Assembly: GCA_002712045.1 (NCBI GenBank)
Contig: PARX01000056.1
Span: 1-39,573, forward strand
DNA length: 39,573 bases
Direction: 5' to 3'
Source of the DNA: Paracoccaceae bacterium
Lineage (GTDB): Bacteria; Pseudomonadota; Alphaproteobacteria; Rhodobacterales; Rhodobacteraceae
This document shows positions 8,933 through 19,562 of this stretch, piece after piece; the stretch's first letter is position 1, and each line of letters starts with the position of its first letter. Position numbers and translations under genes: made by a program. The notes beneath the pieces were generated by a model. The model searched no databases. It saw nothing but the letters and a program-made list of their open reading frames with translations, and had not been told where the DNA came from.

Positions 8933-9845
8933 TTGATGTCTCTAAAATCATAATTACTAAATCATCAAAACTAATTCCAGAATATTTTGCAGACATTGGC
9001 ACAAGGCTATGATTTGTCATTCCAGGGACTGTATTGACTTCAATAATAAATATTTTTTCATTTTCATCAATTATAAAATCTACTCTACCACATCCTTCAC
9101 ATCCAATAGAATCAAAAGCTTTTTTACATTCTTGATTAATATTTTTAACTAATTTTTCACTAAGTTTAGCGGGGCAAATAAATTCAGTGTCATCTCTTAA
9201 ATATTTAGCCTCATAGTCATAAAAATCAGTTTTAGATCTAATCTCTATAATAGGGTATGTTTTGTTATGAATAATAGGTAAGGTGTACTCCTTTCCCTCA
9301 ATTAAAGATTCAACAATAACGATTTTATCAATTTTGGATGCTTCATTGAATGCATTTGCAAACTCTTGGTGATTATTGACTTTTGCAATACCAATACTTG
9401 AGCCTGAATTTGCTGGTTTAATAAAAAAAGGTAATTTACATATTTTTGAAGCTATTTTAAAATCTGATATATTTTTGACCTGCAAAAAATCAGGTGTGAT
9501 GATATTTTTCTTTTTCCAGACTGTTTTACATCTAAATTTGTCCATACCTACAGACGAGGAATCAATTCCACTTCCAGTATAAGGAATATTTATTTTTTCT
9601 AAAAAATTTTGTATTTTTCCATCTTCACCATCTTTTCCATGAAGACAAATAAAAGCTCTATCAAATTTTTTTAACTGTTCTAAATCATCAATTTTTGGAT
9701 CGAATCTTTCTGCAACTATTTTTTTTCTACGAAGTGCATCTAAAACTGCAATTCCACTTTCTAATGAAATATCTCTTTCATTAGAAATTCCACCCATTAA
9801 TACAGCTACTTTGCCGTATTGACTAGCTTCCAAATTTTTCTCCAA
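8925..9845 (-). CDS. ddl: D-alanine--D-alanine ligase
   Basis: 306 aa. Motifs VAVLMGGISNERDISL, HGKDGEDGKIQ and ATP-grasp EVNTVPGMT. Confidence 0.95.
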   Translation of the reverse strand: MEKNLEASQYGKVAVLMGGISNERDISLESGIAVLDALRRKKIVAERFDPKIDDLEQLKKFDRAFICLHGKDGEDGKIQNFLEKINIPYTGSGIDSSSVGMDKFRCKTVWKKKNIITPDFLQVKNISDFKIASKICKLPFFIKPANSGSSIGIAKVNNHQEFANAFNEASKIDKIVIVESLIEGKEYTLPIIHNKTYPIIEIRSKTDFYDYEAKYLRDDTEFICPAKLSEKLVKNINQECKKAFDSIGCEGCGRVDFIIDENEKIFIIEVNTVPGMTNHSLVPMSAKYSGISFDDLVIMILETSNA

Positions 9846-10698
9846 TTATTTTTATTTCTGTTTGAAGTGTTATATTTTTCTTCTTTAAAACTACTTGTTG
9901 TATGTGATCAATCACTTTTTCAATATCTAATGCACTAGCATTCCCTAAATTAACGATAAAATTTGCGTGTTTTTTTGAAACTTGAGCCCCTCCAATTTGA
10001 AAGCCTTTTAATCCACAATCCTCAATTATCTTTGCAGCAAAATTATCTTTTGGGTTTCGAAAAGTTGAGCCTGCCGTTGGCCAATTTAATGGTTGTGTTT
10101 TTTTTCTATGTGACAATAATTCTTTTATCTTATTTTTTGCATCTTCTTTATTTCCATTTGGAAACTGAAACCATGCTCCAAGAAAACTTTCATCTTTATT
10201 ATTAACCTCTCTATAATCAATTTTAAAATTTGATTTATTTCTAATAATTTGGTCACCATTTAAATCAATCATTAATACTTTTTTTACATATTCCCATGTT
10301 TCTGAACCATAGCAACCTGCATTCATTGCTAGAGCCCCACCTATGGTTCCTGGAATTCCGGCAAAAAAAGCTGATTCATCAAACCCTTCTTTAGCTGCAA
10401 ATCTTGATAACTTTGAACAACTTACTCCAGCTTCAGCATAAAGTAATTTACCATCTCTATTTATTTTATTTAAACCACCATGCATCACTATTATTGTTCC
10501 TTTAACTCCCCCATCTCTAATTAATAAATTAGAGCCTAGTCCAATATAAGTAATAGGCGGCTTTATTTTTTTTGATTTAATATGTAAAGCAAGTTTTGCT
10601 ATGTTGTCACAAATTAAAAATTGTTCGGCTTTTCCTCCAACCCGCCAACTATTGAAGCTCTTTAATTCTACATTTTGATGAACAATATTTTTTTCCAT
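9823..10698 (-). CDS. murB: UDP-N-acetylenolpyruvoylglucosamine reductase
   Basis: 291 aa with FAD-binding motifs WRVGGKAE and IGLGSNLLIRD, then AGSTFRNP. Overlaps the ddl start by 23 nt. Confidence 0.93.
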   Translation of the reverse strand: MEKNIVHQNVELKSFNSWRVGGKAEQFLICDNIAKLALHIKSKKIKPPITYIGLGSNLLIRDGGVKGTIIVMHGGLNKINRDGKLLYAEAGVSCSKLSRFAAKEGFDESAFFAGIPGTIGGALAMNAGCYGSETWEYVKKVLMIDLNGDQIIRNKSNFKIDYREVNNKDESFLGAWFQFPNGNKEDAKNKIKELLSHRKKTQPLNWPTAGSTFRNPKDNFAAKIIEDCGLKGFQIGGAQVSKKHANFIVNLGNASALDIEKVIDHIQQVVLKKKNITLQTEIKIIGEKFGS

Positions 10699-10701
10699 AT
10701 T

Positions 10702-12081
10702 TTATTTTTTTATAATTTGCTTAATAAAATTTCCAACTGAACCAGCTCCCATTACAATAAGAATTGAATTATCTTCAATTAAATCAAATATAGTATTTTT
10801 TGCTGTCTTAAAATTAGGTAGATAATGAACATCTTGTTTCTTAATAGACTTAATTAAATTTCTTGTTGTAATATTTTTTATAGTTTTTTCACCAGCCGAG
10901 TAAATATCAAAAAGAAAAACCTTATCTGGAATTTTTAAAACTCTTATAAATTCTTTATAACAATCTCTTGTTCTTGAATACCTATGTGGCTGAAAAACTA
11001 AATAAATTCTTTTTTTACTAAATCCCTTTTTTGTTGCTTTAATTACCGCTTCAATTTCAGTTGGATGGTGCCCATAATCATCAATAACTTTTAATCTTTT
11101 ATCTTTGATTAAAATATCATCGTATATCTCGTATCTCCTAGCCACTCCTTTAAAGTTACTTATTGATCTTTTAATATTACTTATAGATACACCATATTCA
11201 AGACCAATTGAAATTGCTACAAGAGTATTTCTTACAAAATGTTCGCCAGGAAAATTAATTCCAATTTCAAATTCATCTTTTTTATATTTTTTATCTCGAA
11301 CTTTAAAATACATCTTACTGCCATCATATCTTACATTTAGTCCTTGAATATCTGCTTTACTTGAAAAACCATATGTAGTTATTGGTCTTGATATTAAAGG
11401 TATGATACTTTTTACATGTTCATCATCTAAGCATAAGAAGACAGATCCATAAAATGGTACCTGATGAATAAAATCAATATAAGTTTGTTTCAAATTTTCG
11501 AATTTATTCTGATAGGCCTCTAAATGATCTTTGTCGATATTAGTAATAACTGCATTTACAGGATTTAAATGAAGAAATGATGCATCTGATTCATCAGCCT
11601 CTACAATCATTAAATCACTCCCTCCAAGTTTTGCATTTGCATTCATTGAGTTAAGTCTGCCACCAATGACGTAAGTTGGGTCTAGTTTTCCTTCAGAGAG
11701 TATTGAAGCAATTAAACTAGTTGTCGTTGTTTTTCCATGTGTTCCTGCAACTGCAATACCTTTTTTAAATCGCATTAATTCAGATAACATTTCTGCTCTG
11801 GGAATAATCGGTATTTTATATTTAATTGCAGCTTTAATTTCTGGATTGCGTTTAGAGATGGCTGCTGAAATAACAACAACATCTGAATGTATAACATTTT
11901 TTTCTAAATGCTTATTAAATACTTTTATTCCTAATTTCTTTAAACGTTGGATCGCTTCAGATTTTCCAAGATCTGAACCCTGTACTTTAAATCTTAAATT
12001 GTGCATGACCTCAGCGATTCCGCTCATACCAGAACCACCAATTCCAACAAAATGTATATTTTTAATTTTATTTTCCATCAA
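10702..12081 (-). CDS. murC: UDP-N-acetylmuramate--L-alanine ligase
   Basis: 459 aa. Motifs IHFVGIGGSGMSGIA, AVAGTHGKTTTTS and DDYGHHPTEI. Confidence 0.95.
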   Translation of the reverse strand: MMENKIKNIHFVGIGGSGMSGIAEVMHNLRFKVQGSDLGKSEAIQRLKKLGIKVFNKHLEKNVIHSDVVVISAAISKRNPEIKAAIKYKIPIIPRAEMLSELMRFKKGIAVAGTHGKTTTTSLIASILSEGKLDPTYVIGGRLNSMNANAKLGGSDLMIVEADESDASFLHLNPVNAVITNIDKDHLEAYQNKFENLKQTYIDFIHQVPFYGSVFLCLDDEHVKSIIPLISRPITTYGFSSKADIQGLNVRYDGSKMYFKVRDKKYKKDEFEIGINFPGEHFVRNTLVAISIGLEYGVSISNIKRSISNFKGVARRYEIYDDILIKDKRLKVIDDYGHHPTEIEAVIKATKKGFSKKRIYLVFQPHRYSRTRDCYKEFIRVLKIPDKVFLFDIYSAGEKTIKNITTRNLIKSIKKQDVHYLPNFKTAKNTIFDLIEDNSILIVMGAGSVGNFIKQIIKK

Positions 12082-13144
12082 ACCTTTCTTTACAGTAAGA
12101 ATATATTTTTTGGGCTACATTTGAACTTGATTTATTTTTTTGAGCATTTAAAGCCATTTGATAGCATTTTTTTCTATCTATTTTTAAAAGAGTTCCTAAG
12201 AGTTTATTTTTTACCTCATTCTCCTCAATTATGAAAGCTGCTTTTTTATCTTCTAATATTTTGCCATTATGATACTGATGATTATCAACAGCATATGGAA
12301 ATGGTATCAATATTGAAGCAATACCTGCTTCCATAAATTCTGATATAGTAAGTGCTCCGAATCTAGCAATAACGATATCAGCCCATTCATATTTTTCCTC
12401 AATATCGTATATAAATTTTTCTTTACCCAATAACCAAATAGGATCTCTTGATTCGTTGGTATCTAAATTCATATATGTTCTTTCTAATTCCTCATAATGC
12501 TTTTCACCAGATTGATGAATAACTGAAATTTGCTCACTTAAATTAAATTTATCTAAAATTCTTGGTAATAATCTATTAAAAGTACTTGCTCCTAAACTTC
12601 CTCCTAAAATAAGAATTTTAAGGGGTCCTGTTTTATTTTTAAATCTTTGTTGAGGATTTCTAATCTTAGAAATTTTTTTTCTTATTGGATTTCCTATCAC
12701 TTTCGCCTTTTTTAAACTATTTCTAAATCCACAAAATATCTGACTAGCAAAGTTTGAAATAACTTTATTTGCTAATCCAGGTATCGCATTTTGCTCATGA
12801 ATAATTAATTCTATTCCAAGAATTTTAGAAGCAATTGCCATAGGTATACCAACATAACCTCCCATCAATATCAAAAAATTTGGTTTTTCAGTTCGTAAAA
12901 TTTTAATAGACTGAACTGTTGATAATAAAAGAACGAATGGTAGGTTAAACCAAGGCAAAATACCTTTACCCCTAACACCAGATATACTAATTTGAGAAAA
13001 AAGAATTTTTTGTTTATCTACTAAACTATTTTCCATGCCTTTAGGTGTTCCAACCCATGAAACAGAATGAGATTGCTCCAAAAAATACTCAGCAATTGCA
13101 AGCCCAGGGTATATATGCCCCCCTGTGCCAGCAGCAGCAATCAT
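12068..13144 (-). CDS. murG: undecaprenyldiphospho-muramoylpentapeptide beta-N-acetylglucosaminyltransferase
   Basis: 358 aa. Motifs AAAGTGGHIYPGLAIAE and EQNAIPGLANK, plus a C-terminal GALTISE motif. Confidence 0.95.
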   Translation of the reverse strand: MIAAAGTGGHIYPGLAIAEYFLEQSHSVSWVGTPKGMENSLVDKQKILFSQISISGVRGKGILPWFNLPFVLLLSTVQSIKILRTEKPNFLILMGGYVGIPMAIASKILGIELIIHEQNAIPGLANKVISNFASQIFCGFRNSLKKAKVIGNPIRKKISKIRNPQQRFKNKTGPLKILILGGSLGASTFNRLLPRILDKFNLSEQISVIHQSGEKHYEELERTYMNLDTNESRDPIWLLGKEKFIYDIEEKYEWADIVIARFGALTISEFMEAGIASILIPFPYAVDNHQYHNGKILEDKKAAFIIEENEVKNKLLGTLLKIDRKKCYQMALNAQKNKSSSNVAQKIYSYCKERFDGK

Positions 13145-13154
13145 AATTTTAAAT

Positions 13155-14324
13155 TTATTTGTTATAGTGTTGTCCTCTCAAATTTCTTCTATTCTCATGA
13201 TCAATTCTAAGTACTATTGCTATAGCAATTACACTCACTAAAATACTACTACCTCCAAAAGATAATAATGGGAGTGTTAAGCCTTTGGTAGGAAATAATC
13301 CTAAATTTACAGCCATATTAATTATGCATTGAATGGAAAACCATATAGCTACCCCTTGTGCCATTAAAGCACCAAAATGTTTATTATTTTGTATAGACTC
13401 TTTTGCAATACCAAACATCCTTAGCACCAAAAATGCAAATATACCTAAAACAATACTTACACCCAATAAACCAAATTCTTCGCCAATAATTGCCATAATA
13501 AAATCTGTATGCGCTTCGGGTAAAAAAGAAAGTTTTGCGAAACTATTTCCTACGCCGATGCCAAAAAACTCCCCTTTTCCAAAAGCCATTTGTGCTTGAG
13601 TTATTTGATAACCACCATCTAGTATGTGCTCTGGAGACCAAGGATCTCTGAATGCCTCAATTCTTGCTAATCTGTATGGTGATGACTTTATTGCTAACAA
13701 GACTCCAATTGGAGCCAATATAGCTAAACTTACAATAACTTTTAAGGTCAATCCACCCAAAAATAGAATACCCATTGCAATCGAAGAAATTACAATTAAA
13801 GCACCAAGATCTGGTTCTAAGATTACTAATGAACCGGTTAAAATCATAATCCCCAAAATAGGTAAAAAACCTTTAACAATAGTTCTCATTTGCTTTGATT
13901 TTCTTAAAACATAATCTGATGCATACATTATTGTAAAAAGCTTAACTATCTCTGTAGGTTGAAAGTTTGCAATTCCTAATGGAATCCATCTTCTACCACC
14001 TTTACTTTCTATACCAATAGGCGTTAAAACTAAGACTAAAAGAATTACCCCTATTAAAAACAAATAAGGGGCCCACCTTTGCCAGAAATAAACTTGTATT
14101 AGGAAAGAAATGTAGCCACATATAAAAGCAATTAACAAATAAGCTGATTGCCTGAGTAAAAAATAATAATGTTGGTATTGGAATTCCTGTTTACCAGCAG
14201 CAAGATCAATCGATGCAGAATAGACCATAACTAAACCAATACCTATAAGCAAAAGTGCTGCCCAGATTAAGCTGTAATCATAAATTGGTAAATTATAATT
14301 TTTTTGGGAAGAAAAAAGTTTCAT
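13155..14324 (-). CDS. ftsW: SEDS-family peptidoglycan glycosyltransferase FtsW
   Basis: 389 aa polytopic membrane protein with FQPTEIVKL and LPEAHTDFIMAIIGEEFG motifs, at the canonical dcw position. Confidence 0.93.
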   Translation of the reverse strand: MKLFSSQKNYNLPIYDYSLIWAALLLIGIGLVMVYSASIDLAAGKQEFQYQHYYFLLRQSAYLLIAFICGYISFLIQVYFWQRWAPYLFLIGVILLVLVLTPIGIESKGGRRWIPLGIANFQPTEIVKLFTIMYASDYVLRKSKQMRTIVKGFLPILGIMILTGSLVILEPDLGALIVISSIAMGILFLGGLTLKVIVSLAILAPIGVLLAIKSSPYRLARIEAFRDPWSPEHILDGGYQITQAQMAFGKGEFFGIGVGNSFAKLSFLPEAHTDFIMAIIGEEFGLLGVSIVLGIFAFLVLRMFGIAKESIQNNKHFGALMAQGVAIWFSIQCIINMAVNLGLFPTKGLTLPLLSFGGSSILVSVIAIAIVLRIDHENRRNLRGQHYNK

Positions 14325-14327
14325 ACT

Positions 14328-15658
14328 TTATAAATTCTCCACAATAGACTTAAATTCATTACCACGTTCTTCATAATTTTTATACATATCATAACTAGCA
14401 CATGCAGGCGATAATAGAATGATATCTCCATTTCCTGCATCCTTATATGCTGATAAAACTGCATCTAGCATTAACTTATATTTTTTTATCTTAAGTGAAT
14501 CTATAAATCTGAAATTTTCTTCAAAAATATGTGCATCTTGACCAATTAAATAAAGAGCTAATACCTTTTTTTTTATAAATTTCTCCAAAGGCATTAAAAA
14601 TTGACCTTTACTATCACCACCAGCAATTAAAAAAATATTTTTTTGTTAAAACTTTTTAAAGCTGTAATTGTTGCATCTAAATTAGTCGCTTTTGAGTCGT
14701 TGTAAAAATCTACACCGTTTATACTTTTAACCCACTCTAATCGATGACTAATACCTTTTAAATTATTAATTCTTAAATTACTTAATTCTGGAAAAACCGA
14801 TTTTAAGCATGCAATTGCAGACATAATATTTAATTTATTATGTTCGCCTATGAGTTTAAAATTATTTAATTCAATAGATAATCCATCACCTCTTTTTATA
14901 TAAGAACCAGAATCATTATTTATTATTACGTAGTCTTCTTTTTTTAAGGGTTCTGAAATACCAAAAGAGAAATTCACTTTATTATTAAAAGAACTTAATT
15001 TTTCATCGTCCCTATTAATAATTTTAGTTCTTGATAAATCAAGTAATTTTGATTTAGCCTTAAGATATTTACTGAAAGAATTATATCTATCCATATGGTC
15101 TTCTGAAATATTTAGAATAATTCCAACATCAATTTTAGCTTTATTTAATATTTCGAGTTGAAAACTTGATAGTTCAATAATCAAAACATCTAAAGTATCT
15201 ACATTTTTGAAATCTAAAATTGGCAAGCCTATGTTTCCTACTGCCTTTGCTTTTAATCCAGATTCTTGTGACAATTGTTCAATCATTTTACAAACTGTAG
15301 TTTTACCATTTGTCCCAGTTACAGCAATAACTTTTGTTTCTAATAATTCATTTTCATCAAAAAATAACGAGATATCATTATGGAACTTAATTTTTTTTCT
15401 TATTTTATTTAATACGGGATGGCTAGGATCTATTCCAGGACTAATTGCAACATAATCAACACCTTCAAAAGATAATTCTTCTAAATTACCTGAAAAGAAT
15501 AAATTTTTTTCATTATCAAACAACTTTTTTGCATTATCCAAAGCATTTTTATTTTCATCATAAAAAGATATTTTAATATTGTTTTTTAAATATCTTCCAA
15601 TAGATATGCCTGTTTGGCCGCAACCTAAAATTAATACATGATTGATATTTCCATTCAT
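14328..15658 (-). pseudogene. murD: UDP-N-acetylmuramoylalanine--D-glutamate ligase MurD, frameshifted as sequenced (1 nt apparently missing in the A7-TAT-T7 tract around 14629-14645)
   Basis: The N-terminal ORF (14627..15661: ILGCGQTG, VTGTNGKTTV, NDSKATN) ends ...NKKIFF-TAA. The other frame continues from 14645 as (Q K N I F) LIAGGDSKGQ...[22 protein letters not shown]. This is colinear with E. coli MurD (...LLLGGDGKSAD...[22 protein letters not shown]). Confidence 0.85.
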
Positions 15659-16761
15659 CAACGAATCTTCAAACTAGCCAATCCAATTAGGACAAGCATC
15701 ATGGTTATGATCCAGAACCTAACTACGACTTGTGTTTCTTTCCATCCTTTTTTTTCATAGTGATGATGAAGCGGAGCCATTAAAAAAATACGTTTACCTT
15801 TTCCAAATTTCTTCTTTGTATATCTAAAGTAAGCTACTTGTATTGCTACTGAGAATGTCTCAATCACAAATATTCCAGCCATAATCATTAAAACAATCTC
15901 TTGCCTTACAATTACTGCTAGAGTTCCCATTGCAGCTCCTATTGATAGTGAGCCTAAATCACCCATAAATACTTCAGCAGGATATGCATTAAACCAAAGA
16001 AAACCTAAGCCTGCTCCTGCTAATGCTGCGCAAAATACAGTTAACTCACCTGCACCTTGTATATATGGAATACTGAGATAGTTTGCAAAAATTACATTGC
16101 CTTCAACATAAGCAAAAACTCCCAATGCACTTATCACCATAACAGCTGGCATAATAGCCAGCCCATCAAGACCATCGGTTAAATTGACGGCATTACTGCT
16201 TCCTACTACAACCAAATAACTTAAAATAATAAATACCAATGCACTCATTGATAAACTTAAATCCTTAAAAAATGGGATCAATAATTGAGTTTCTTGAGGA
16301 GTTGAAGCTGAATAAAATAAGTAGGTTGCTACACCCAACCCAATAATTGATTGAAGTATAAATTTTTTAAAAGCTGAGAGTCCATCTGCCTCTTTTTTTT
16401 GAATTTTACTAATGTCATCGATTAAGCCAATTAACCCAAAAGAAGTGGTCACAATAAGTAAGAGCCATACATATGAATTACTTAAATCTGCCAATAATAA
16501 TGTAGAAATAATAATTGAAATTAATATTAAACCCCCTCCCATTGTTGGGGTTCCAGATTTTACAAGATGTCCCTCTGGACCATCATTTCTAATATATTGA
16601 CCAAGGCTGTATTCTCCTAATTTTTTTATAAACCAACCACCAAAACAAAATGAAATTAATAAAGAAGTTATAACTGCTAAAACTGCCCTTAAAGAAATAT
16701 AATTAAATACATTAAAACCTGGAATGTCTGTTGAAAACCATCTAAATAATTCTAATAACAT
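15658..16761 (-). CDS. mraY: phospho-N-acetylmuramoyl-pentapeptide transferase
   Basis: 367 aa. Motifs [19 protein letters not shown] and [12 protein letters not shown]. Confidence 0.96.
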   Translation of the reverse strand: MLLELFRWFSTDIPGFNVFNYISLRAVLAVITSLLISFCFGGWFIKKLGEYSLGQYIRNDGPEGHLVKSGTPTMGGGLILISIIISTLLLADLSNSYVWLLLIVTTSFGLIGLIDDISKIQKKEADGLSAFKKFILQSIIGLGVATYLFYSASTPQETQLLIPFFKDLSLSMSALVFIILSYLVVVGSSNAVNLTDGLDGLAIMPAVMVISALGVFAYVEGNVIFANYLSIPYIQGAGELTVFCAALAGAGLGFLWFNAYPAEVFMGDLGSLSIGAAMGTLAVIVRQEIVLMIMAGIFVIETFSVAIQVAYFRYTKKKFGKGKRIFLMAPLHHHYEKKGWKETQVVVRFWIITMMLVLIGLASLKIR

Positions 16762-16774
16762 CTTTTATATCCTA

Positions 16775-18118
16775 TTAAATTATTTTACTTACAATTTCTT
16801 CCATTTCCATATGGCGAGAGCCTTTAACTAATATAATTGATTTTGTATCAATTATCTCTGATAATTTTTTTAAAAGTTTATCTTTTGTATCAAACCAAAA
16901 TGCATTTTTATCTAATTGTTGCATAGTTATTTTTATATGTCTTCCAACAGCTAAAGTAAAATCAACTGAAGATTTTTTAATATAATCTCCTAATTCTTGA
17001 TGGTATTTGTTTGAATCATTTCCAAGCTCAGCCATATCTCCAATTATTAAAATTTTCTTACCCTTTATTGAACTTAATACATCAATAGCCTCTTTCATTG
17101 AAGATGGATTTGCATTATAAGTGTCGTTAATAATAGTTGAGCCACCTTTACTATTTATAATTTCAAGCCTTCCAGGGTATGGTTTGATTGCCTCTATACC
17201 TTTTTTTATTATTTTTGTAGGTATATCCAAAGCATAGCTACAAGCACATGCAGCAAGAATATTTTTAATATTATGTTTTCCTAGTAAATTTATTTTTACT
17301 TCAAAACTTTCTTCTGGAGTGAAAATTAATATTCTACTGTTATCTAGTATTTTACAATTAATAGTTGCCTCTTTTGAAAACCCAAATGTTATTTGTTTTG
17401 AGTTTTTGTTGTCTTTAGCTAAAAATTTATAATAATAATCATCTTTAGGTAATATCGAAATTTCCAAGTGATCTGAATAATTTATAAGTTCTTTTTTTGC
17501 TTCAGCAATATGATCTTTAGATTTAAAATTTTGAATATGAGCTTCGCCAATATTTGTAATTAAAGCGATATGGGGTTTTGCTATTTTTGTAAGTTCAGCA
17601 ATTTCTCCAGAATGATTCATCCCTAACTCTAAAACAGCATGACTATGTTTATTTTCAAGCTTGATTAGTGTAAGAGGAAGTCCAATATTATTATTAAAAT
17701 TCCCCTCAGTGAACAATAATTGATTTTGAGAAAGATAATTATTCATAATTGAAACGAGTACTTCTTTTGTTGATGTTTTTCCATTACTTCCTGTAATTGC
17801 AATTACTTTCGGATTGATAAGATTTCTTAGGTATGAGGCGATATTTGATAATGCTTTTTTACCACTTTCTACTAATATAGTTTTATCAAAATGAAATTCA
17901 GGATCAGAAACAATCGCAAATTTAATACCATTATTTAAAGCTTCTTTTGAAAATTTATTGCCATCTAAATTTTTTCCTACTATCGAAATATATAAATCTG
18001 ATTTTTTCTGTGACCTTGAATCAATTGTGATAGAAGAAATTATATTTTCTAAATATTTTGTTGATCCTAAAAAAGAACCATTTGTAATTTCTATAATTTT
18101 TTTTAAGGTAATATTAAT
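16775..18118 (-). CDS. murF: UDP-N-acetylmuramoyl-tripeptide--D-alanyl-D-alanine ligase MurF, probable non-canonical ATT start
   Basis: The ORF track starts at internal Met 17746. The same frame stays open upstream to a TAA at 18122-18124. That upstream part encodes the expected N-terminal domain: (I)NITLKKIIEITNG...ITIDSRS...VIAITGSNGKTSTKE. There is no ATG/GTG/TTG/CTG in those ~121 codons. An ATT at 18116-18118 lies 6 nt after a GGAG. Confidence 0.85.
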   Translation of the reverse strand: MNITLKKIIEITNGSFLGSTKYLENIISSITIDSRSQKKSDLYISIVGKNLDGNKFSKEALNNGIKFAIVSDPEFHFDKTILVESGKKALSNIASYLRNLINPKVIAITGSNGKTSTKEVLVSIMNNYLSQNQLLFTEGNFNNNIGLPLTLIKLENKHSHAVLELGMNHSGEIAELTKIAKPHIALITNIGEAHIQNFKSKDHIAEAKKELINYSDHLEISILPKDDYYYKFLAKDNKNSKQITFGFSKEATINCKILDNSRILIFTPEESFEVKINLLGKHNIKNILAACACSYALDIPTKIIKKGIEAIKPYPGRLEIINSKGGSTIINDTYNANPSSMKEAIDVLSSIKGKKILIIGDMAELGNDSNKYHQELGDYIKKSSVDFTLAVGRHIKITMQQLDKNAFWFDTKDKLLKKLSEIIDTKSIILVKGSRHMEMEEIVSKII

Positions 18119-19562
18119 TTTTTACTCCAAAATATTTATTTAGGTATTTTTTTGCTATTAACTTATCTGAAAAATCTTTTTTAACTCCATTTATTTCTTG
18201 ATACGTTTCATGACCCTTTCCAGCAATAAGAATTAAGTCATTTACATTAGCTTTTTTTAAAACTTCTTTAATTGCAATTTCTCTGTTTTCAATGGCTAAA
18301 TAAGGTACTTCTAAATTCAGACAAATATCATCAATTATCTGCATAGGCTCTTCATTTCTTGGATTGTCTGAAGTGACAATTACATAATCTGCAAACTGAT
18401 TAGCGATTAGAGCCATTTCTTTTCTTTTTCCTCTATCTCTGTTACCCCCGCAACCAAAAACAATATTTAAATTTTTATAAGGTAATTTCTCTAATGAATT
18501 TAAAATATTTTTTAATGCATCTGGAGTGTGAGCATAGTCTATAATAACTTTTGGGCATTTATCTATTTCAGTCTTTACTTCTTCAGATCTTCCCGGTACT
18601 GAATCTAAAATTTTTAATATAGGCCTGATATTCTCTATTTGATATCCTAAAGAGACTAAAGAACCAATTACAGCAAGTATATTATAAATGTTATAAACTC
18701 CTTGAACTGCAACTTCAAGTTTATAAATCTTTCTTCTATAAATTAAATCAAATTTAGTTTTATATTTTTCTAAGGTTAAATTTTTTGCTTGAAGTGTAGC
18801 TAAATTTTCAATTCCGAAGGATATTTTTTTAGATTTATTTAATTTTGATTCTTGAAATATTTTTTTACCTAAAGGATCGTCTATATTTATAACCAAATTA
18901 CCTTTTTTAGCATCTAATAAAAAATTTTTCTTTATTTCTGCATAACTTTCAATGGAATCATGATAATCAAGATGATCTCTAGAAAGATTTGTAAACAATC
19001 GTACATTAAAATCAAGGCCAGTTACCCTACCCTGATCAATTCCATGAGATGATACTTCAAGACATACATCTTGAACATCTTCAAGAAGAAAATAATTTAT
19101 GATACTTTGAATTTTAACTCCATCAGGAGTTGTATTTATACTTGGTTTCAACTGATTAATCGAACCATAACCAATTGTACTAATTATATTAGCTTTTCTT
19201 TCAAGATTTTCTAGACATTGAGTTAGCCAAAAAGCAGTAGAAGTTTTACCGTTAGTTCCCGTTATACCTATTAAGTTTATTTTTTTAGATGGATTATTAT
19301 AAAATTCACTTGCAATACTTGAAATATTTTCTTTCAAGTTTTTAATTGGCATGTTAGGTAACTTCCATTTCTTATCCCATTCAAATCCTAAAGGGTCATA
19401 TATAATTGCCCCAGCTCCATTATTTATGGCTTCTGGTATATAATTTCTTCCATCATTACTTTCTCCTGGATATGCCAAAAAAATCGAGTCATTTTTTATA
19501 TTCGCACTATTTTGCTCCAAATATTTAAATTCAGTTAATAGTTTTTTTAATGAATCGCTCAT
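18114..19562 (-). CDS. murE: UDP-N-acetylmuramoyl-L-alanyl-D-glutamate--2,6-diaminopimelate ligase
   Basis: 482 aa. Motifs GITGTNGKTSTA, HTPDAL and the DNPRNE motif. Confidence 0.95.
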   Translation of the reverse strand: MSDSLKKLLTEFKYLEQNSANIKNDSIFLAYPGESNDGRNYIPEAINNGAGAIIYDPLGFEWDKKWKLPNMPIKNLKENISSIASEFYNNPSKKINLIGITGTNGKTSTAFWLTQCLENLERKANIISTIGYGSINQLKPSINTTPDGVKIQSIINYFLLEDVQDVCLEVSSHGIDQGRVTGLDFNVRLFTNLSRDHLDYHDSIESYAEIKKNFLLDAKKGNLVINIDDPLGKKIFQESKLNKSKKISFGIENLATLQAKNLTLEKYKTKFDLIYRRKIYKLEVAVQGVYNIYNILAVIGSLVSLGYQIENIRPILKILDSVPGRSEEVKTEIDKCPKVIIDYAHTPDALKNILNSLEKLPYKNLNIVFGCGGNRDRGKRKEMALIANQFADYVIVTSDNPRNEEPMQIIDDICLNLEVPYLAIENREIAIKEVLKKANVNDLILIAGKGHETYQEINGVKKDFSDKLIAKKYLNKYFGVKN

